Shown here piece after piece: positions 1 through 9,311 of a stretch of 64,000 bases of DNA. The stretch comes from Promethearchaeota archaeon Loki_b31 (lineage in GTDB: Archaea; Asgardarchaeota; Lokiarchaeia; Sigyniarchaeales; SOKP01): assembly GCA_005222975.1 (NCBI GenBank), contig NJBI01000003.1, forward strand, positions 1-64,000, written 5' to 3'. Made by a program: the position numbers and the translations under genes. Each line of letters begins with the position of its first letter. Within the stretch, counting starts at the first letter, position 1. A model generated the notes under the pieces. The model searched no databases, was not told the DNA's origin, and was given only the letters and a program-made list of their open reading frames with translations.

Positions 1-1
1 C

Positions 2-547
2 TATTTCTGGGGCGATGACGATAACATGACAAAATATAAAGCTGCCTATTTTGACTACTATAAAGACGTAGGAAAAATGGTTTGGAGACATGGCGATTAT
101 ATAGTAATTCATAGCGATACAGGTGGTATTACCTTCTGGGGTCGATCGGACGCAGTTTTAAAACCTTCTGGAGTACGAATTGGTACTGCAGAAATCTATA
201 ATGTTGTAGAACAATTACCTGAGATCGCTGATAGTCTTGTTATAGGTCAGAAGTACTCCGGAGATATCCGAATAATAATGTTCGTTCTCTTGAATGAGGG
301 CTACGAATTAACGGACGATTTAAAAGCCAAGATTAGTACAACATTGCGTGAAAAGACATCGCCAAGACATGTGCCTAAGCTAATCTTTGCTGCTCCCCCA
401 GATGGCATACCTTACACTTTCAGCAATAAGAAAGTCGAAATTGCCGTGACTAAAATCATCCATGGCATGGAAGTGGCCAACCGAAGCGCACTTAGAAACC
501 CAGAATCCTTAGATTTCTACATGGAAATGAAGGATAAACTACAGTAG
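2..547 (+). CDS. Acetoacetate-CoA ligase (acetoacetyl-CoA synthetase), C-terminal part; 5' end lies outside the window
   Basis: Frame open from position 2 (YFWGDDDN...). Motifs WRHGD, GRSDAVLKPSGVRIGTAEIY, SPRHVP, NKKVEIAV and NPESL are typical of acetoacetyl-CoA synthetases. Confidence 0.9.
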   Translation, partial: YFWGDDDNMTKYKAAYFDYYKDVGKMVWRHGDYIVIHSDTGGITFWGRSDAVLKPSGVRIGTAEIYNVVEQLPEIADSLVIGQKYSGDIRIIMFVLLNEGYELTDDLKAKISTTLREKTSPRHVPKLIFAAPPDGIPYTFSNKKVEIAVTKIIHGMEVANRSALRNPESLDFYMEMKDKLQ

Positions 548-585
548 ATATTTAAAAATTATTTCCAATTTTTTTCTAAATATTC

Positions 586-2499
586 TTATTTATAATCTGT
601 TACATACCAAAATCTTCTTGGATATCTAGTTTTTAAAAAAGGAATAAGATTCTTTCTTAAAAATGTATACTTAAAAGGAATTTGAATATCCTTTCCCGCG
701 AAAACTTGAATTATATAATAAGGAGAAATGGGTTCTTGAATTTTTGGATCTGATCTTCTAATAATCTCCCGTAAAACGATAATAAGATATTTAGCATATT
801 TCATAAAAGCAGTTCTATACCTTAATAATAGAAGGATATCATAAGGCATTAGTTTAGTTATTTCTTTAATTAAATTTAAAATAATCTCATCATCATTTAG
901 AAGAATACTGTTTAAGATTGATTCATAAGTAAATTCGCAAATAAAATATAGTAACTGATTGGAAATATTATATATCTCATCAATATCTCTTTTAAGCTTA
1001 ATTTGCGTATAAGAATCTTCAGTTAAAGCCATTCCTATTAAATAATTAGTCATTTCTTCACTGATGGAAAATCCATAATTATTTAAATGCTCGTTTAGTT
1101 CAATACTACCCAAAATTTGTGACTCTCTCCTTTTTAGAACTTGATTATACTCTAATTCTAACCATTGTTTAATTAATAAAGTATTTCTCCTAGAATAACT
1201 AAATCTTAACTTTCCTTCTTTCAATTTAAAATTCTTAATTCTTTGTTCTACTTTTTCATTTATCTCTACAGGCGCTACTTCTTTTAAGATTTTACATGCT
1301 AGCCATATTCTTCTAAGCGGTTCCTTAAACTTTTCAGGTTTAACTATATCGAGGAATTTTTTTACGCTTTTAACTTCCGTAATATTTACTTGACGACTTT
1401 TGGAAGAGTAAGTTGAGTTTATTCCTAATAAATGGCACATATTGTGGAAATCGTGTAATAAAGTATCTGAATAATTTTCAAAATTTAAAGTAATTCTCTT
1501 GTCGAGATTTACAGTTATCCCTCCATCTGTATCAAAAAGTCCTTTTAAACCTCTTCTAATAAAGGAATAATTCTTTAATACAAAATCAGGAACCCCTACT
1601 TGATGATCAACTTTATTTCCGGGAATTAGACCATTTTTATTATCTCTAATCCTTTTACCTTTTTCAACAATACTAAAATGAATGGATTTTCTCCTTAAAA
1701 TTAATTGTAGAGTATTTTCATCTTTAATGTGTTGTAAGTGTAATTCATCTTCAGTTAGATTAAATATTGAACATACAGTTGTTTTGACATATTCAGTATA
1801 TCTTTCTTCATCAATGGGGTTTAATGAAACTATAACCGTTTGACCATTTTCGCTTAAATGACCATCTCCACACATTGTACAAATAAATTCAGCAAGATCC
1901 TCATTTTCTTCAAGTGGGATATATTCAAATTGACCTATCATCTTTTTATGAGGAATTAGATCATCTTCAAAATGAGTTATCAAATTTTCTTTATATGATG
2001 TATATTTTTTATAAAATTCAAGAAGTGATTGCTTTGAAAAGTTATCTAAAAATAAAGCTTTGAATTTATTAAAAATGTTAATTGATAACCGATATCCTTT
2101 ATAGAGGACTCTCTGATATACATCTTCGGATATTCCAATTAATTCACTAATTTTTCTCCGAGTAAATATTCTATCTTTAATTTTTAATTCTTTAACAATT
2201 TCTTTCAAATATTCTGTATTTATAATAATCCTTATGTTGGGTGGTTTATATTCCACAATATAACGTTCAAAAAGTTGTCCTTTATTAGTTTTAATTGAGT
2301 TATCACAATATTCTATATTGTTTAAATTATCATTATTGTTATCTAAATGTTCAATATCTTCATTAATATAATGGACATTAGTTCTTATGCCAAAACGGGG
2401 AAGATTATCATTATTAGAACATTTTCTTTTAGTCTTGGGATTTTTATAACAACGTAAATCATTTTTTTTTCCTTTAGATTTATTTGTATTTTTAACCAT
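586..2499 (-). CDS. Free-standing LAGLIDADG (DOD-type) homing-endonuclease-domain protein with an N-terminal HTH
   Basis: Two LAGLIDADG-like helices, LAEFICTMCGDGHL and LKGLFDTDGGI, about 110 aa apart. HTH-like segment RRKISELIGISEDVYQRV. No intein splice motifs seen. Confidence 0.8.
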   Translation of the reverse strand: MVKNTNKSKGKKNDLRCYKNPKTKRKCSNNDNLPRFGIRTNVHYINEDIEHLDNNNDNLNNIEYCDNSIKTNKGQLFERYIVEYKPPNIRIIINTEYLKEIVKELKIKDRIFTRRKISELIGISEDVYQRVLYKGYRLSINIFNKFKALFLDNFSKQSLLEFYKKYTSYKENLITHFEDDLIPHKKMIGQFEYIPLEENEDLAEFICTMCGDGHLSENGQTVIVSLNPIDEERYTEYVKTTVCSIFNLTEDELHLQHIKDENTLQLILRRKSIHFSIVEKGKRIRDNKNGLIPGNKVDHQVGVPDFVLKNYSFIRRGLKGLFDTDGGITVNLDKRITLNFENYSDTLLHDFHNMCHLLGINSTYSSKSRQVNITEVKSVKKFLDIVKPEKFKEPLRRIWLACKILKEVAPVEINEKVEQRIKNFKLKEGKLRFSYSRRNTLLIKQWLELEYNQVLKRRESQILGSIELNEHLNNYGFSISEEMTNYLIGMALTEDSYTQIKLKRDIDEIYNISNQLLYFICEFTYESILNSILLNDDEIILNLIKEITKLMPYDILLLLRYRTAFMKYAKYLIIVLREIIRRSDPKIQEPISPYYIIQVFAGKDIQIPFKYTFLRKNLIPFLKTRYPRRFWYVTDYK

Positions 2500-2677
2500 G
2501 ACTGAAATCTCAAAAAATTCTTAATTATTCTTTTAAATTGCAATATGTAACACGAATATGTTTTTATCTTTATAAATCTTAATAGAGTAGGGATTTTGTC
2601 TTTATATATAATATAGAATTCTATGTATTAATTAAAAAATTCAAGAAATTTAAAAATAAAATTAGATTCGTCTTAAA

Positions 2678-3568
2678 TTATTGCTTTAAATATCCTATTG
2701 TTTCTTGTATTCTCTTTTTTAACTTCTCTTTTAACTCTTTAATGCTTTTGTATATAATAAAATTAAAATCTTTAACATCAAAATGGATATCTGATATTGA
2801 ATTAACAATATGTATTACATCTTTATTTAGACCATGAGCAATTCCTAACTCATAATAACAGTTTGGACGTGCTTCTGTAAGATCAGAAATAATAAATCGA
2901 GCTTTTTTTATATTATCAATAATTTTTTCTGTTATATGCCCATTAAATTCCTGTTCATCGACTCTCTCGCAAGTATAGCCAAGAAGTGAAACAATAGGTT
3001 TGATCACATTTTTATATGAATTTTGGAGTATAAGATTTTCGGAATATGACATTATCACAAAACAAAAGCTATCGTCAACCTTATTGTTCTTTGGAATTTC
3101 AATCTTCTGATTATAATTAATTATTTTAAAACCATCTTTAAATTTGAGGTTTCCTCTAATATTTTCAAAAATCCCCGCAAATTTACCCCAATTAAGGATA
3201 GTCCATAAAATTGTGCCATTCTTTAAATTAATCTTATAGATAGATTTTATAAAATTAATTGCCTCTGTATTTGTATATTCATTATTTATTAATTCAATGA
3301 AATCACTAAATGGTTTATATTCTAATAATTTGGATCGAAAAATTGAAATTTTTTTTTCTTGAGAAGCGTAATAGATGTCTTCTGAAAGTTCAAATAATCC
3401 TAGTTGTTTTGCCGCACCTATAGCTTTTCTTGAAGATTCCTCAGAAAGATTTAAAGAAGAAGAGAGAAGTTTTTTATTGAATAAAATATTTGATTCTTCA
3501 CATTTTTTAGAAAATTCTACAGCTTTTACAATAATTTTTGCACTAACATTATAAATCTGAAATTTCAT
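2678..3568 (-). CDS. Winged-helix (AAA_assoc_C-like) module fused to a C-terminal nucleoside 2-deoxyribosyltransferase/TIR-like domain
   Basis: C-terminal CFVIMSY...IKKARFIISDLTEARPNCYYELGIAHGLNK is the NDT-like signature. N-terminal KKISIFRSKLLEYKPF...ILNWGKFAGIF resembles PF09821. Confidence 0.75.
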   Translation of the reverse strand: MKFQIYNVSAKIIVKAVEFSKKCEESNILFNKKLLSSSLNLSEESSRKAIGAAKQLGLFELSEDIYYASQEKKISIFRSKLLEYKPFSDFIELINNEYTNTEAINFIKSIYKINLKNGTILWTILNWGKFAGIFENIRGNLKFKDGFKIINYNQKIEIPKNNKVDDSFCFVIMSYSENLILQNSYKNVIKPIVSLLGYTCERVDEQEFNGHITEKIIDNIKKARFIISDLTEARPNCYYELGIAHGLNKDVIHIVNSISDIHFDVKDFNFIIYKSIKELKEKLKKRIQETIGYLKQ

Positions 3569-4938
3569 AAATCAAAACCCAATTTTCTTTCTAATAACTT
3601 TATATCGGAGAAGAATAACCGATTATCTTTAATCTCTTTATATAATTGCAGATGATCTTTAATTAAAATATTAAAATCTTTCAGATATTCATATTTTTCA
3701 CATAACTGGATTAGTTCTTTAACTGCATTAATAGTTTTTTCAAAATCTCCTTTACTACTTGATGTAATGATTCCAATTTGTTTTCCAAGCCTAAAATAAC
3801 CAATATTGGCTTTTTTTAACTGGAAGCCATTTGAAGAGTTCTCTTGAATTTTAACAGTGTTTTTGTTATCTTCAATCTCGTAAAAATGTGCTTTTTCTTC
3901 TGAATTCAAGATTCCTTCTTTACTTAATTCGGACTTGAGCATAGTTTCCTTTTTTGAAAAGTTATTAACTTTTATAACTCGGTATTTTCCTTTACTAATT
4001 GTTTCAATTAAGTTAGCTTCTCTTAGCCAACTCATGAATTTTTTACCGTATGTTTTTATAGTTAATTCAGACGACCATTTACCACCAATATATCTATTTA
4101 AAAAATTACCTAAATCAAGAGTTGTAATTTCCTTTTCTTGTAGTTTTATTATAAGTTCTCTATATTCGCTCTCAAAAAGAGTTTGTCTCCAGATTTCAGG
4201 TATATGCTCTCTATTAAAGGACTCTACTAACCTATATCCTTTTTCTGTAATATAATATTGTTTTGGTGCTATTTTTTCTATTAATCCAAGTTCAATACAC
4301 ACACCTATTTCGGTAGATACCCTTTTTCCTAAATCGTTTATGAGAGTTGACAAATCAACTTCTTTAATTTTAGATATATATTCTACAATTTTAAAAATCG
4401 TATTAAAAGAACAAGAGGGTAAAACCGGTTTTTTCTTCAATTTAATTTTTTGCCCATTTAATCTTAAAATACCTCTTGAATAGATACCATCGCCAACATA
4501 ACTTAAAATACTTGCGGTTGCAGAGCCATACGCCTTAAATGTTAAGGGATTATCCCATCTTTTACTAAATTTAAAAGCAAGCTGCTTACCAATCTCCTCA
4601 GATGTTAATATATTTTTAGTTATCAATAAATTAGAAACAAATTTGAATGGCTCTTTCTCTTCTATTCCAGATTTAATTAGTTTACCTGCCAAGTCATCAT
4701 CATTTGTGATAATAGCTATTCTAAACTTAAGCCCTAAGTCAGAAAGTTTAAGCGTTTTTAATTTTTTGTCATAATCTACCAATTCTAATAATTGCAAAAC
4801 GGGTAATAAATTAGATATTTTACTTTTTCCAAATAAATCATATATATCATCTAATTCACACACATCTTCTTGTGGAAATTTTTTAATAAAATCCTTTATT
4901 AAACCAATTCGAACATATGGGAGAGTTATATTTTTCAT
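3565..4938 (-). CDS. Protein with two tandem winged-helix (AAA_assoc_C-like) modules
   Basis: Internal repeat (LP...LELV..LKLSDLG...W..PLTFKAYG and LP...LGLI..YYITEKG...W..ELTIKTYG). Overlaps the downstream gene by 4 bp (ATGA). Confidence 0.6.
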   Translation of the reverse strand: MKNITLPYVRIGLIKDFIKKFPQEDVCELDDIYDLFGKSKISNLLPVLQLLELVDYDKKLKTLKLSDLGLKFRIAIITNDDDLAGKLIKSGIEEKEPFKFVSNLLITKNILTSEEIGKQLAFKFSKRWDNPLTFKAYGSATASILSYVGDGIYSRGILRLNGQKIKLKKKPVLPSCSFNTIFKIVEYISKIKEVDLSTLINDLGKRVSTEIGVCIELGLIEKIAPKQYYITEKGYRLVESFNREHIPEIWRQTLFESEYRELIIKLQEKEITTLDLGNFLNRYIGGKWSSELTIKTYGKKFMSWLREANLIETISKGKYRVIKVNNFSKKETMLKSELSKEGILNSEEKAHFYEIEDNKNTVKIQENSSNGFQLKKANIGYFRLGKQIGIITSSSKGDFEKTINAVKELIQLCEKYEYLKDFNILIKDHLQLYKEIKDNRLFFSDIKLLERKLGFDL

Positions 4939-5597
4939 TTTAAACTATTATTCATTTTATTTAATCATATAAAGAAAATGATTTTATTTAAATTTGATTA
5001 TTAAGAGATTATTAGAATGAGAATTTAAACTGAAAGAATTCTTTTAAATCCTTATATTATATTTGATGATATTCAACTATTTAAATATTATTTATAAGTG
5101 GTTGTCGAAATGAAATTTAACCAAAAAAACTTTAAATTATTTAAAAAAGATCTGAAAAAAATAAGGTTATATTAAAATAAAAGTATAAAATGTTCAATAA
5201 ATTACTAATCTTTTAACCTCCATAGAATTAAAAAATGATTGTTAATGTGAAAATGGTAATAATTACAGAAAAAATTATAACTATATGTGAAATTCTATTT
5301 GCGATAAAAATTATTACTTTACCTAATGAAATATTCAATTCATGGTATATTTATGATATATATTGTAGCATCAAGAAATCCTAAATCGCTAAATTTATGT
5401 AATAAATATTGATGAAAAAATTCAATCATATTTCATTGGATCAATTTAAATAAATAACATAGGACATATATTTAATAAAGAATTATATTAGAATAATAAA
5501 GATAAAAATTTACTTAGATGTAAAAATTTTATTATTATATTTCAATAGATTTAATTATCTACAAATTGAATGATTAATATTTTCATAGGTTATAAAA

Positions 5598-7292
5598 ATG
5601 CTTGAAAGATTATTTGTAAGACCAAAAAGAAAATCTAGAAAGTTTTTATTTGGATTAAATAATTTTAAATCTTTTAAAGAAAACCAACTGATTGAAATCA
5701 AACCATTAACAATAATATGTGGGGTAAACAATTGTGGTAAAAGCTCGATTATCCAAAGTCTTCTACTATCTTCCCAAAGTTTGGAATTAACGGAAAAATT
5801 TAGGGGATATCCTCTATTAATAAGATATCCATATGACTTTCGAGAGCCAATTTATAAAACATCCTTATTATTTGAAGGGGATTTATGCCATCTTAGTGAT
5901 TTTTATAATGTATTAAATAGATATTCAAAAGATAAAGAATTTTCATTTAATTTTGAAATAGAAAGTACTAAATTTTCAGTTACTTTCTTTAATCCATATA
6001 AAGAAAATCCATTAGAAGCTTATGTTAAAAATATTGATATAATTGGGGATGGATATAATTTACAAATTGAATCCAAATTTGAAGAAAATAACGATAAATT
6101 TAATTATTCATGTCTAATAAAAAAACTAAATTTTCAACATTTATTATGGCGATGTCCTTTTGGATATTTTAAAAGCAGAAAGTATCTATCAAATAAAAAT
6201 TTTGAAGAAACTTTCATAATAAATCATTTAATAAAGGATATTAAAGTTATATTTAATGGTTTCTTACCAGAAAAGCTTCTTCTTCCTTATGATAGATTTT
6301 CTAATGAAATAAACCTCATTATCCAAAGATTTGGTGAAGGTCTAAAGGAATTAAAGTCTTTTAAAAAAAGAATTAATGAGGAGTTAGAATTTATATTACT
6401 GAGAACTGAAGGTAAAACTAAGGATTATGGAAGAAAGATAATAAAAGAAACATATTATTCCTTTTTTGAATATTATGAAAATAAAATATTCGAAGATTTA
6501 TTAAAGAAATTTCACTATATTGGACCTTTAAGGGATGAACCACATAGATATTATCAATTTTATGATATCAGAAATTTAGATATAGGTAACAAAGGACAAT
6601 ATGCTGCTCAGATTTTAACTTTAGAGGGTGATTTACAGATTCCCACCTTTAAAACCTTTGAAATTAAAGATGGAAAATTAATCTTTGAGAAAGTTAAATT
6701 AAAAGATTTATCTTTAAAAAAGGGATTGTCAATATGGTTTAAAAAATTAAATCTTCCATCAATAAATCCTAAAAAGTTAGAACATATCTTATTTAAAATA
6801 GTTGTAAATTTACAAAAAAGCGATGAATATGTTACACTTCAAGATGTGGGTTTTGGGATAAGTCAAATTTTACCCGTATATGTTGAAAGTTTAAGAATGG
6901 AAAAGGGACATACATTAGTTTTAGAACAACCCGAAATTCACCTCCATCCAAGTATGCAATCTAAACTAGCAGATTTTTTAATTTCAATGGCAATTTCTGG
7001 AAAAAATTTTCTTATTGAAACTCATAGTGAACATTTAATTAACAGAATTTGCCTTAGAATAGCTCAAGATCACTCAAATACAATAAAAAATATTATCTCG
7101 CTTGTATTTGTTGAACCTCCAAAAGAAGATAAAACAGGGAAATTCATTGGTTCAAAAATAAAGAGAATTATTTTAAATAATTATGGAGAAATTGAAAATT
7201 GGCCAGTAGGTTTTTTTGATGATTTAGATAGCGGTAAAATAATACAAGCAGCGATTAAAAAAAGAAAAAAAGAAGCTAATGGTGAAATATAA
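5598..7292 (+). CDS. AAA_15/AAA_21 ABC-type ATPase with C-terminal DUF3696
   Basis: Walker A GVNNCGKS, signature DVGFGISQILP, Walker B LVLEQPEIHLHP, H-loop ETHSEH, and C-terminal YGEIENWPVGFFD. Confidence 0.88.
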   Translation: MLERLFVRPKRKSRKFLFGLNNFKSFKENQLIEIKPLTIICGVNNCGKSSIIQSLLLSSQSLELTEKFRGYPLLIRYPYDFREPIYKTSLLFEGDLCHLSDFYNVLNRYSKDKEFSFNFEIESTKFSVTFFNPYKENPLEAYVKNIDIIGDGYNLQIESKFEENNDKFNYSCLIKKLNFQHLLWRCPFGYFKSRKYLSNKNFEETFIINHLIKDIKVIFNGFLPEKLLLPYDRFSNEINLIIQRFGEGLKELKSFKKRINEELEFILLRTEGKTKDYGRKIIKETYYSFFEYYENKIFEDLLKKFHYIGPLRDEPHRYYQFYDIRNLDIGNKGQYAAQILTLEGDLQIPTFKTFEIKDGKLIFEKVKLKDLSLKKGLSIWFKKLNLPSINPKKLEHILFKIVVNLQKSDEYVTLQDVGFGISQILPVYVESLRMEKGHTLVLEQPEIHLHPSMQSKLADFLISMAISGKNFLIETHSEHLINRICLRIAQDHSNTIKNIISLVFVEPPKEDKTGKFIGSKIKRIILNNYGEIENWPVGFFDDLDSGKIIQAAIKKRKKEANGEI

Positions 7293-8158
7293 TAATAAAT
7301 TGTTATATTGATCCTATCTTTCTATCGGTAAAAAAATCTGTGACATTAAAACATTATTCAGAAGTTATATTCCTTGAATTAAATGAATTTTTTATTAGAG
7401 TTAAAGAATTAGAGAAAGAATACGGTGATAAATTTATAGAAATTAATATTAATCAAGAGTTTTTGATGAATTGTATGCAATATAATCCTTTTTGTTTCGA
7501 GGGGAATTACTCTATTTGTAAACGATTTAAAGAATTTATTTTTTTGATTTTAAGAAAATACCGAAATTCAAAATGCGAAAAAACAACAAATGAACAAATT
7601 ATTCCTTTTAAATATGAATATGAAAATGAATATGTCCCGTTAACTATAATGAATACTTGGAATCAATTTATAAATAGATGTTTGTTATGTGTAAATAAAC
7701 AAAATAGAAATCTTGAATTATTAACATGTGATGAGATTGGATCAAATAAAAAGGAAGATGTTCCTGAATATTTTAATAGAGTTATTGTTAATCTAATCGA
7801 TTGGTTAAATAATGTATATGGATTTATTAATATTTCAACTGAACCTGAGAGGATCAATGTTGATCTAAAGTCGAAAATGAAAGGAAATTGGGCTCACTCA
7901 AAAACTAAAGGTGTTATGAGTGTAATTAATAAATTATTGAATAGTAATTATATTAAAGAAATTTATCCAATAGAAAAATCGAGAAAAGTAAATGAAAATA
8001 GGTTAGAAATAGTAAATTTCAATCAATTAAAGATATATATTAAAGATAAGATTGGAACTCAATTATTTATAATTAATACTACAGCTAAGAATGAAATTGA
8101 AAGTATTAAAATTATGGAAAATATGCTTAAAATTATACCTACCTTTAAGGTTAAATAA
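7292..8158 (+). CDS. Hypothetical partner of the ATPase with a C-terminal DUF2103-like domain; start uncertain (ATA near 7292 or GTG at 7340)
   Basis: Frame open from 7286, just after a GGTGA RBS at 7281-7285. C-terminal AHSKTKGVMSVINKL...IKEIYP...GTQLFIINTTAKNEIE resembles DUF2103. Confidence 0.6.
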   Translation: MINCYIDPIFLSVKKSVTLKHYSEVIFLELNEFFIRVKELEKEYGDKFIEININQEFLMNCMQYNPFCFEGNYSICKRFKEFIFLILRKYRNSKCEKTTNEQIIPFKYEYENEYVPLTIMNTWNQFINRCLLCVNKQNRNLELLTCDEIGSNKKEDVPEYFNRVIVNLIDWLNNVYGFINISTEPERINVDLKSKMKGNWAHSKTKGVMSVINKLLNSNYIKEIYPIEKSRKVNENRLEIVNFNQLKIYIKDKIGTQLFIINTTAKNEIESIKIMENMLKIIPTFKVK

Positions 8159-8231
8159 TCTCTGTTATCCAAGATTCTTTAAAAATCGACAAACTTTTCA
8201 TTTCCATATCGAAATTAATTATCCTAGAAAT

Positions 8232-8819
8232 TTAAGGTCCTTTTAGATAAGTATCTAAAAAACCTATATATGCTTCAAATTGACCTGGTTCCAAATTAAA
8301 ATTGCTATCAGAAAAATAAATAACTTGATCAATAAAATTACCAACTTTTTTCACTATTGTTGCTGGATTTAAGATTCTCTTATATCCAACTAAAGCTGTT
8401 GGGATATTTTTAATTATCTTTACACTTTCAAGATTAATTTTAGCGTTTTCTACATTACGTGTTGACAAAACCGATTTTACTTGAATTACTGCTTTTACAG
8501 AGTCAGGAGTAGTAATTATTAAATTATTCTTTAAAAATAATGGAAATGATGAAGTACCATCAACTATAATTATATCAAGTTCTTTTGAAACCTTTTCAAC
8601 TTCTTTTGTAGGTGTCAATTTAACGATTAGTCCGGTATAGATTTCAAATTTAGGTGGTATATAATTTCGAGTCACCTCTCTTATGATATCTTCATAGAAA
8701 TCACCAAGAACTTTTGAAGCCACATCTGAAGGATTGCCTGTTAAGTTTCTTAATGTTTGCTGCATTTGCAATAACTCTTTTTGGATTCCATCATAAACAT
8801 TCATAATTATTTTTATCAA
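8232..8819 (-). CDS. DUF6602-type PD-(D/E)XK restriction-endonuclease-like protein
   Basis: GDFYEDIIR...P..FEIYTGLIV...SKELDIIIVD...PLF...PDSVKAVIQVKS. Confidence 0.75.
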   Translation of the reverse strand: MIKIIMNVYDGIQKELLQMQQTLRNLTGNPSDVASKVLGDFYEDIIREVTRNYIPPKFEIYTGLIVKLTPTKEVEKVSKELDIIIVDGTSSFPLFLKNNLIITTPDSVKAVIQVKSVLSTRNVENAKINLESVKIIKNIPTALVGYKRILNPATIVKKVGNFIDQVIYFSDSNFNLEPGQFEAYIGFLDTYLKGP

Positions 8820-8892
8820 ACTAATTATTTAAAGGGCTAATATTTATTTATAATATAAACAGATGAAGGAAGAACTTCAAAAAATATAAAAT

Positions 8893-9272
8893 TCATTCAT
8901 TTAACTTTATAACAATTTTCCTTGCCTCTAATATCCCCCATTGAGTTAACTTTAATCCCCTTTCATTCTCATGAACAAGATTTCTTTTTTTTTAAATTAT
9001 TCACATATGTTGATATATATCCCTTATTTTTAGGTTTTAATATTTTGAAGATTTTATCTTTTGAAATTCGACTTTCATTATAATTATCTAATAATACAAA
9101 CAAGATCTTATTCGAGAACGACATATTTGAATCCTTGAATATTATCTCTCCATTTTCAAATCGTTCAACTCTCTTATAATATTCAAATGAGATTGTTTCT
9201 AAAAAATTAATAGTCTGCTCATCAAGTGACTTTTAATAAAAGTTTTTCGAGTTTGATTAAATAAATGCTCAC
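8893..9272 (-). pseudogene. Truncated, frameshifted remnant of a gene with a C-terminal winged helix
   Basis: Reads LDEQTINFLETISFEYYKRVERFENG...ISTYVNNLKK, then after a frameshift in a 9-nt homopolymer (8985-8993) RNLVHENERGLKLTQWGILEARKIVIKLNE*. A second frameshift lies near 9232, and the 5' part is cut at the island boundary. Confidence 0.6.
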
Positions 9273-9278
9273 AATTAT

Positions 9279-9311
9279 CCGATAATTAACCGATGATTAA
9301 CCGATGAATTA
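9279..9311 (+). repeat. 3 x 11-bp tandem micro-repeat at the island right junction
   Basis: CCGATAATTAA CCGATGATTAA CCGATGAATTA. Confidence 0.8.

Larger units (their letters stand above)
548..9296. mobile_element. Putative defence/genomic island inserted at the 3' end of the acetoacetate-CoA ligase gene
   Basis: Bounded by a diverged 240-bp direct repeat (308-547 and 9297-9536). Visibly more AT-rich than the flanks. Cargo is nucleases, an ABC ATPase and an NDT/TIR-like protein. No integrase seen. Confidence 0.75.

Noticed and set aside
586-2499. LAGLIDADG ORF as an intein
   Set aside because: No host extein and no N-terminal Cys/Ser block or C-terminal His-Asn splice motif.
3935-4255. Antisense or alternate-frame ORFs in the track (also 12044-12331, 15312-15749, 22002-22544, 27188-27523, 36676-37038, 43015-43287, 54747-55049 and similar)
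   Set aside because: They overlap well-supported genes, almost or entirely, and show no motifs; they are shadow ORFs.
4939-5597. Long, extremely AT-rich gap inside the island
   Set aside because: No ORF, repeat array or convincing structure found. Probably divergent promoters or decayed DNA.
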